From positions 64,001 to 128,000 of the IMG/VR virus record IMGVR_UViG_3300025646_005482: a DNA stretch of 64,000 nt. One strand, 5' to 3'. Every line of letters starts with the position of its first letter. Position 1 is the stretch's first letter. Position numbers and translations under genes: made by a program. This stretch comes from a virus. The notes below the pieces were generated by a model. It saw nothing but the letters and a program-made list of their open reading frames with translations. It searched no databases and was not told the origin of the DNA. Below, piece after piece: positions 54,210 to 61,389 of the stretch.

Positions 54210-54973
54210 GTAATAACTTTATGGGAATAAGATTCTCTGATATGTCAGGCCAGTTGTATACTGTTCATCCAATAGTCCCTGCAAGGTCTGTCGAGCCAGT
54301 ACATAGAAAAATTCAAATGGAAAAATACAACAGCGAGATGTTTGCGCTGTGTCCTGGTATCATGGACTTTAAAAATACTGGTTGGATTATGCCAGCGTGG
54401 GATGATATTAGAGTATACTGTTCTGAGAAAGCATCGATGGCGTATGCTGGCGGTCAAAAAAGACCACACAACTGGAAGCTTCCGCAGCCAGTAAAAAAAG
54501 TAGAATACTATGATGGCAGAGCTCACGCCGGTCCGATGGATAAGAGAATGGTCGATGGTGTTCCTGCAAATCACGGTTGTCCTATAAAAACAGGAACACA
54601 ACCACTGCACTTTCAGTCCCCTTGGGCATGTGAAATGTTTGGTGATGATGTTGTTTCATTGATGTTATTGCCTCCATATTATCATAGTGATATAGTTGAT
54701 CATGTGCAAGTTTATCCTGGCATTGTCGATTATAATAATAAATTTGATACAATGAGTGTTGTACTAGCACCTCGTACACAGGGAACATTTACTATTAAAG
54801 CTGGAGAACCTTTAGTACATATTATTCCTATTGAAAAGAAAACATACAATGCAGAATACGGTCCAGCAAAAATGAATCGCATGAAAGGACTGGTAGCTAC
54901 GTGTAATCATTTTTATAGAAAATATATGATGAGGAAAAGTCGTTATAATTTGGAATTGAATGAAGATGTTTGA
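54206..54973 (+). CDS. Paralog of 52113..52826 hypothetical protein
   Basis: LCPGIMDFKNTGWIMPAW, PGIVD, IKAGEPLVHIIPI align with the same motifs. Confidence 0.75.
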   Translation: MSNNFMGIRFSDMSGQLYTVHPIVPARSVEPVHRKIQMEKYNSEMFALCPGIMDFKNTGWIMPAWDDIRVYCSEKASMAYAGGQKRPHNWKLPQPVKKVEYYDGRAHAGPMDKRMVDGVPANHGCPIKTGTQPLHFQSPWACEMFGDDVVSLMLLPPYYHSDIVDHVQVYPGIVDYNNKFDTMSVVLAPRTQGTFTIKAGEPLVHIIPIEKKTYNAEYGPAKMNRMKGLVATCNHFYRKYMMRKSRYNLELNEDV

Positions 54974-55763
54974 TAAAGAAAAACTGCGAGAATTAAAAGA
55001 AACTCTAAGACATGACGACAGACCAATTTTCCTAGAGAATGTATTAGATTCTCCTGAAGATTGGGCGAGTTGGAAGGATATAACTTATTGTTGTGAGAAT
55101 CCGAGCATATACGATGTACGCTACTTTAATAAAGTAGAATCTAAATATGATGGTGTGACCGTAGTAAAGCTCATGACTAATTCAGAGAATGAAGTTCATG
55201 CTATTGAACGCAGAGGAAGTTTAACTCGTAAAAATAAGAGATTAAATCCAGTTAAAGTTGTTGATGCTAAAAAGCTTTTAGACAAAAATCATTCTATCAT
55301 AATTACTAATTTTGAATATAAAAATGAAAATTGTAAGAGCATGATTGATTTTCTATGTCATCTATTTTATTACAATGTTGAAAATCATGGTGTATGGCCT
55401 GCAAAAATTGGTCCCAATTCTGGTCATGCCCATTGTTATGCAGGCAAAAAAGAAAGTAATTCTTTTTCTCCGCATGTAGATGGACCAGCGAATTTTATTT
55501 TTCAAATTGAAGGTCAACAAAAATTTACGGTGTACGAAAATAGAAAGTGTGCTTTAACAGAAATTGCCATGCCCGCAGATGCTACACTCGAATATAGAAA
55601 AGAAGTTTATGACAATCTGAGAGTATATGAAGAAAGAATAATGAATCCTGGTGATATGGTATATGTGCCATCTAGAACATATCATTATGTAGAACCAGTA
55701 TCTGATCGTATTTCAATGAGTTTTCCTTTGATCCTAAAGGGACCTACCTCGGTAATGTTGTAA
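54960..55763 (+). CDS. JmjC/cupin-family 2OG-Fe(II) hydroxylase (ROXA/NO66-like)
   Basis: SFSPHVD, NFIFQIEGQQKF, MNPGDMVYVPSRTYH, RISMSF. Confidence 0.88.
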   Translation: MKMFDKEKLRELKETLRHDDRPIFLENVLDSPEDWASWKDITYCCENPSIYDVRYFNKVESKYDGVTVVKLMTNSENEVHAIERRGSLTRKNKRLNPVKVVDAKKLLDKNHSIIITNFEYKNENCKSMIDFLCHLFYYNVENHGVWPAKIGPNSGHAHCYAGKKESNSFSPHVDGPANFIFQIEGQQKFTVYENRKCALTEIAMPADATLEYRKEVYDNLRVYEERIMNPGDMVYVPSRTYHYVEPVSDRISMSFPLILKGPTSVML

Positions 55764-56434
55764 TGGAAATCAATATTAAACGACATGAATTGTGGACAGA
55801 AAGTATGTTCGAAATTCATTTGCCAGACATAGACAATGAATCTATCATAAAGTTTTATGATGAAATAGAAAAAGTTGATCCTGGCCAAAAAAGATCCAAC
55901 ATTGGTGGTTGGCAAAGAGAAGTAAATCCCGGGGAATGTCAAGCATACGATGAATTGATGTATATGATGGCATACGCTGTCACAGATATTTTTAGAAATG
56001 TATTTAAATTGCCAATAGATTTAGCTATAGCAAATTCTTGGCTAAATTCTAATATATTAGGCGAGAATAATGCATTTCATACACATCCCGGCTGTGTTTA
56101 TTCTGGTGTCTATTATATCAATGCTTCAAAAGATAAAGAAAATGGGTCTATTACATTTGTAAACCCTCAGCATCATGTGATCGAAGATTGGATTTCAAAT
56201 TTGCCATTACGAAGTAACGGCGACATTGATCATAAACAATGTGAAGTGTTGCATGAAGATAAACAGTTTGCTTCTACACAACATTTTGAACCCAAATCAA
56301 ACTATGCTTATGTTTTTCCGCCGTGGACGGGACATGAAGTAAGAAAAAATCCACATTCCTTTAATCGTCTAGTTGCTGGAATCAATTTTAGACCAGCAAA
56401 TCAGCCATTGCCTGAATTAAAAGATAGAGTTTAG
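55763..56434 (+). CDS. Putative 2OG-Fe(II) oxygenase (TIGR02466-like)
   Basis: RSNIGGWQ, SWLN, HTHPGCVYSGVYY, FPPWTGHEV, RLVAGIN. Confidence 0.85.
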   Translation: MEINIKRHELWTESMFEIHLPDIDNESIIKFYDEIEKVDPGQKRSNIGGWQREVNPGECQAYDELMYMMAYAVTDIFRNVFKLPIDLAIANSWLNSNILGENNAFHTHPGCVYSGVYYINASKDKENGSITFVNPQHHVIEDWISNLPLRSNGDIDHKQCEVLHEDKQFASTQHFEPKSNYAYVFPPWTGHEVRKNPHSFNRLVAGINFRPANQPLPELKDRV

Positions 56435-56445
56435 TCCGTCAATCT

Positions 56446-56453
56446 TATAAATA
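56446..56453 (+). promoter_or_regulatory. Late promoter TATAAATA
   Basis: Exact consensus upstream of 56487. Confidence 0.75.
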
Positions 56454-56486
56454 CATAAATAAATGTAACTCAAACAGGATCTTTTT

Positions 56487-56846
56487 ATGGCCACTGCCCG
56501 CTCTGAAGACCTGACGGTTGTACAAGGTACAGACGCGCTCTTCAAAATTAATATAAAGGATACTTCGGGCAACGCCTTTGACGTTAGCTCAAAATCATTC
56601 TCTGCTTCCCTTAAAAAATCCTACAGCGCTGATGATGCTACTGCTATCAATTTTACTACTGCAATCAGTAATGCTGTTGGAGGTGTTATTTCTATCTCAT
56701 TGTCTGACACCCAAACACTTGCTTTGGATGTCAACACTCGTTATGTTTACGATGTAATGATGTACAATACAGCAGGGTCAACTGAAATTACAAACATTTT
56801 AAAAGGCAAAGTGTTCGTAGAAGCAAGTGTAACGAGGGTGTCGTAA
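56487..56846 (+). CDS. Ig-like virion structural protein (BppU N-terminal-like)
   Basis: QGTD, ISLSDTQT, RYVYDV, ILKG..V..SVTR. Confidence 0.75.
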   Translation: MATARSEDLTVVQGTDALFKINIKDTSGNAFDVSSKSFSASLKKSYSADDATAINFTTAISNAVGGVISISLSDTQTLALDVNTRYVYDVMMYNTAGSTEITNILKGKVFVEASVTRVS

Positions 56847-57103
56847 TGTCAACTATTATTGTACGTACCGTAACAGATGCTAACGCGAATACAAAAAACG
56901 ATACACTTACTCATACCGAACTCGATAATAATTTTATCAATCTAAATAATGATAAGTATGAGCAAGGTGATGATATTGTTGCAAATACGGTTAGTATTAC
57001 TGGTGGAACTTCTTCACAATTTCTCATGGCAGATGGCTCTACATCTACCCAAACAGGTGCAACTGTCGACGATGCGACTGCACTCGCAATAGCACTAGGA
57101 TAA
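56846..57103 (+). CDS. Small fibre-associated protein
   Basis: LTHTELDNNFINLN; GTSSQFLMADGS; ends ATALAIALG. Confidence 0.75.
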   Translation: MSTIIVRTVTDANANTKNDTLTHTELDNNFINLNNDKYEQGDDIVANTVSITGGTSSQFLMADGSTSTQTGATVDDATALAIALG

Positions 57104-57107
57104 ACAA

Positions 57108-57440
57108 ATGGCAAATACATTTAAGAATGCTGCACTCGCTGACGTAAATAATGCTGCGTACGACACTCTTTATACATGTCCCAGCGCAACTACAGCAATC
57201 GTCCTCGGCGTGGCTATTACAAACAAATTAGCTCAAGCTGTAAGTATTACAGTTCAATTCGCTGATACATCGGCGAGTACGACACATCAATTACTCGAAC
57301 AAGTTGAAATTCCGGGTAGAACCACTCTCGAAGTATTAGCTGGTCAAAAGTATGTGCTAGAAGCATCTGATATATTTAAATGCAAAGCAGGAACAGCTTC
57401 AGCTATTGATGTTACTATGGGCCTGATGGAGATCACCTAA
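57108..57440 (+). CDS. Conserved small virion protein
   Basis: MANTFKN..LYTCP..GQKYVLEASD..MEIT, the family that commonly follows AIALG-ending genes. Confidence 0.75.
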   Translation: MANTFKNAALADVNNAAYDTLYTCPSATTAIVLGVAITNKLAQAVSITVQFADTSASTTHQLLEQVEIPGRTTLEVLAGQKYVLEASDIFKCKAGTASAIDVTMGLMEIT

Positions 57441-58174
57441 TGGCTCTTACCAAAATTGGTATCCTTAGAAATTTTCTATCCACTGGTATCGATGATAATG
57501 CAACCAGTACTGCACTTACGATCGATGCCAATGAAAATGCCACGTTCGCGAATGGTGTTACTGCGTCGTCTTTTTCTGGTGATGGTTCTGCACTCACAGG
57601 TATCGTATCTCTACCTGATGCTATCGAAGTTGAATCAGGCGCTGCTGCCAATTCATTCATCATACAAGCAGATGGCGATGTAGTTTTAACTTCGAATCTA
57701 TCTGCTGTATATGTAACGGCCAATTTGAATGCCACTACTGTATCAGTTAATGATTTAACCGTCAGTAACACATATACTCATGGAACCGGCAACTACGTTC
57801 AAAATCGTTATGTGTTGCATGGAACGACGACCAATAATACCGAAACAGAAATTTTTACTATTAATTCAAATGGTAGAGTCCCTGTTGATACTAATACAAC
57901 TGTATTTTATGAGGCATCGTTTGCAGCACGACGAACAGATGCTACTGGTGAATCTGCTGCTTGGCACCTTAAAGGTGTAGCTGACAATTTTAGCGGTACG
58001 GTCGCTGATGTAGGCAACGTTTATGAGATCGCCGTTGCGCAAGATGATATAAATCTTGCGGTAGATATACGAGCAGATAATACTAATGATGCTATAGGAG
58101 TGTTTGTCACTGGCGCGACTAGTAAAAATTATAGTTGGTCGGTTGTTCTAACAACGGTTGAGGTATCACAATAA
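57440..58174 (+). CDS. Fibre-associated structural protein
   Basis: STGIDDNATSTALTID, FSGDGSALTG motifs. Confidence 0.75.
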   Translation: MALTKIGILRNFLSTGIDDNATSTALTIDANENATFANGVTASSFSGDGSALTGIVSLPDAIEVESGAAANSFIIQADGDVVLTSNLSAVYVTANLNATTVSVNDLTVSNTYTHGTGNYVQNRYVLHGTTTNNTETEIFTINSNGRVPVDTNTTVFYEASFAARRTDATGESAAWHLKGVADNFSGTVADVGNVYEIAVAQDDINLAVDIRADNTNDAIGVFVTGATSKNYSWSVVLTTVEVSQ

Positions 58175-59514
58175 TGGCAAGGCGCAGACGAAGTTTCTTC
58201 TTTGATAACATCAACAAAAAATTGTTGACGGATACAACAAAGAATACAAAAGATGTCAAAGATGACGTAGATGCTGCTGTAGTCGCTAATAACCATATTA
58301 TGACTAAAGAAGAAATTCAGGATGAAATCTCTTCAACTTTGACAACTGATGGTTATGCTACACAGACTTATGTAAATTCTACAGTATCTACTTCGAATAC
58401 TGCGTTAAAATCATACGTTGATACTAACTTCTCTACTACTACGGCGATGAATACCGCCATCGCATCATCAAATACTGCGATGAAGACATACGTCGATAAT
58501 GAAGTTGCAAGTGTAGATCTATCATCATATTCTACAACTATTCAGATGAACACAGCCATCGCATCATCAAATACTGCGATGAAAACGTATGTTGATAATG
58601 AAGTCGCGGGCATTGTCGATTCTGCGCCTGGAACATTAAATACTCTTAACGAGCTCGCTGCTGCGCTGGGTGATGATGCTAACTTCTCTACTACTACAGC
58701 AACATCGTTGGGTAATAGACTAAGAATAGATACTGCTGCGCAAGGTTTGACGGGTACACAACAAACAAATGCGTTGACTAATCTTGGTATTACTGCATCT
58801 CTTACTGAGCTCAATAAGCTCGACGGTGTTACTGCATCTACTACAGAACTGAATTATTTAGATGGTGTAACAAGTAATATTCAAACACAGTTAGACGGTA
58901 AACAAGCTTCAGGTAGTTATTTAACAGGTAACCAAACAATTACATTGTCGGGAGATGTCAGTGGTTCAGGAACTACGAGCATTGTTGTTACAGTCGCAGA
59001 CGATTCTCACAATCATATTATTTCAAATGTAGATGGCTTGCAGGCAGCACTTGATGCAAGAGTTACATCTCTTGCAGATCTCAGCATAACTGCAACAGCG
59101 ACAGAACTCAATTATGTCGATGGTGTAACGTCTAATATTCAAACACAGTTAAACGCTAAGGCAAATTTAAGTGGAGCAACGTTTACAGGCGGAGTGGTTG
59201 CCTTACACTATATAGAGACTAAAGTAACCGCTGCATCAGGAACTGGTACAAAGACATTTAATTTAAATAGTGGTTCATCATTCGAATATACTGGCACAGG
59301 CGCTGGATTTACTGCAGCATTTAGTAATGTACCCGGAACAAATACAATTTCTTGGACATTAAAAACAACTAATAGCGGCACTATTACTTGGCCAGCAGGA
59401 GTGAATTGGTCAGAAGGTGTAACACCACCTCCTTCAAGTGGCACCGATATCTATAGTTTCATAAGTATAGCCGGAACAATTTATGGCTCGCTAGCCATGA
59501 GAAACGCGAGTTAA
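58174..59514 (+). CDS. Tail-fibre protein with C-terminal WSEG/TDIYSF domain
   Basis: DSAPGTLNTLNELAAALGDDANF; TELNYxDGVTSNIQTQL x2; 33-aa SNTAxKxYVD repeats. Confidence 0.85.
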   Translation: MARRRRSFFFDNINKKLLTDTTKNTKDVKDDVDAAVVANNHIMTKEEIQDEISSTLTTDGYATQTYVNSTVSTSNTALKSYVDTNFSTTTAMNTAIASSNTAMKTYVDNEVASVDLSSYSTTIQMNTAIASSNTAMKTYVDNEVAGIVDSAPGTLNTLNELAAALGDDANFSTTTATSLGNRLRIDTAAQGLTGTQQTNALTNLGITASLTELNKLDGVTASTTELNYLDGVTSNIQTQLDGKQASGSYLTGNQTITLSGDVSGSGTTSIVVTVADDSHNHIISNVDGLQAALDARVTSLADLSITATATELNYVDGVTSNIQTQLNAKANLSGATFTGGVVALHYIETKVTAASGTGTKTFNLNSGSSFEYTGTGAGFTAAFSNVPGTNTISWTLKTTNSGTITWPAGVNWSEGVTPPPSSGTDIYSFISIAGTIYGSLAMRNAS

Positions 59515-59554
59515 TAAACATAAATACATATAGAAATTTTTACGGAGAATAACA

Positions 59555-59821
59555 ATGGCTGATTATTGGGTATATTGTAAAACTGGCAATACAACCAGAT
59601 ACGATAGAATAGCATTCAACATGGGTCATGAGATGACACCAGATCAAAAAGCTGACATAGAGGCTTCGACTGGTTTAACTCTTGACGATCCAATATTTTT
59701 TCAAGTAGCAGATGATTTTGATTTAGCTAGTATAGAATTTGATGCTGACGGTAATTTGTATGCCGTATCAGCGGCTGAAGCTGCAGAAAGGGATTTGAAC
59801 GGTTGGCCGGAGCCTGAATAA
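59555..59821 (+). CDS. Small acidic hypothetical protein (possible fibre assembly factor)
   Basis: GGAG RBS, CATAAATA at 59519. Confidence 0.7.
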   Translation: MADYWVYCKTGNTTRYDRIAFNMGHEMTPDQKADIEASTGLTLDDPIFFQVADDFDLASIEFDADGNLYAVSAAEAAERDLNGWPEPE

Positions 59822-61389
59822 TGCCATTTCTTGGTAGGGCGCCAGTAAGAGCTATCACTGATCTTAGTATCGATGGTTCAACAATACAAAACGCAACGAT
59901 CGCAAACTCAACGATCACCGCGGGTACAATCACGTCTGCAACAATTGATACTGCGACCTTATCAAATACTGCCGTTTCATTAGAAAACGGAACGATTACT
60001 AATTGCGATATTTCAGGTGGTACCATCAATGCTACTGCTATATCGTCTGGAACAATTACTGATACAGATATTCAAGCTGGCACAGTAAATGCTACCGCTG
60101 TAACTTCTACTAGTTTCACTGATATTACTATTTCTGGTGGCACAATATCTACCGCATCAATTACATCGGGCACTATCGCTGATGCAGCTATCAGTAATAC
60201 AAGTATAGAAACTGGTACTATCAACGCTGCTAGCATTTCAGCTGGTTCGATTAGCGGAACAGATATAGAAGGTGGTACTATCAATGCCACTGCTATTTCA
60301 GCTGGTTCTATTAGCGGAGCAGATATCGAAGGTGGTACAGTAAATGCGACAGCAGTAACTTCAACTAGTTTCTCTGATATTACTATTTCAAGTAGTACTA
60401 TTAGTTCTACGGCGATCAGTACTGGTTCGATATCTGCTGCTAGTATTTCTGCCGGCACGATCGCTGATGCTAGCATAAGCAATACTACTATCACCACTGG
60501 TTCTATTACCAGTACGTCTATTACCAGTGCGGATATCGAAACTAGCACAATAAATGCATCATCGATCTCTGCTGGTACTATTGCTGGTGCTGATATTGAT
60601 AGCGGTACTATCTCGTCGACGACTATTGATACAGCTACTATATCAAATACTTCTTTGAATCTTACTGGTGGCACTCTTACTGGTGTCGATATCGAAGCTG
60701 GTACCATCAATGCAACAACAATTACAGATGCTTCAATTTCTAATACAACTATAGAGACAGGCACGATCAATGCTGCTAGTATTTCGGCTGGTTCGATATC
60801 TGGCGCCGATATTTCTGGTGGTACTATCACGTCATCTACAATTGAAAGTGGTACTGTGAACGCGGCTGCAGTGACGTCGACAACATTTACGGATATCGAT
60901 ATCACCGGTGGTACTATCAGCACAGCATCAATCAGCGCTGGAACGATTGAAGATGCTAGCATAAGCAATACTACTATCACCACTGGTTCTATTACAAGTA
61001 CATCCATCAGCTCTGGTACGATTACAAATGCTGACATTAGTGGTGGTTCTATCACTCACTCTTCGTTCATCGAAAAGAAAGTTGCGGCGACTTCAGGAAC
61101 CGGCACGAAGACATACAGTCTCAACGATGGTTCTTCGTTCGAGCACACAGGATCAGGAGCATTTACTGCAAACTTTACGAATGTGCCCGGAACACATACC
61201 ACTTCTTGGACATTGGAAGTCAACAATGGTGGAACAGCACACACGATTACATGGCAAGTTGCTGGAGCTGATGCGGTCAATTGGTCAGAAGGTATCATAC
61301 CTCCACCATCTACAGGCACAGACATCTATAGCTTTATCTCTGTAGCAGGTACAGTTTATGGATCACTCGCAATAAGGAACGGTAGCTAA
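59821..61389 (+). CDS. Ser/Thr/Ile pentapeptide-periodic beta-solenoid fibre with C-terminal WSEG/TDIYSF domain
   Basis: Ile/Val at every fifth residue for about 400 aa. Confidence 0.85.
   Translation: MPFLGRAPVRAITDLSIDGSTIQNATIANSTITAGTITSATIDTATLSNTAVSLENGTITNCDISGGTINATAISSGTITDTDIQAGTVNATAVTSTSFTDITISGGTISTASITSGTIADAAISNTSIETGTINAASISAGSISGTDIEGGTINATAISAGSISGADIEGGTVNATAVTSTSFSDITISSSTISSTAISTGSISAASISAGTIADASISNTTITTGSITSTSITSADIETSTINASSISAGTIAGADIDSGTISSTTIDTATISNTSLNLTGGTLTGVDIEAGTINATTITDASISNTTIETGTINAASISAGSISGADISGGTITSSTIESGTVNAAAVTSTTFTDIDITGGTISTASISAGTIEDASISNTTITTGSITSTSISSGTITNADISGGSITHSSFIEKKVAATSGTGTKTYSLNDGSSFEHTGSGAFTANFTNVPGTHTTSWTLEVNNGGTAHTITWQVAGADAVNWSEGIIPPPSTGTDIYSFISVAGTVYGSLAIRNGS

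Noticed and set aside
58440-58610. Near-identical ~60-nt repeat pair as a DGR template/variable repeat
   Set aside because: Both copies are in-frame in one fibre gene, differences are synonymous rather than adenine-specific, and no reverse transcriptase is present.
60072-61055. 327-aa minus-strand ORF
   Set aside because: Antisense shadow of the low-complexity S/T/I repeat gene.
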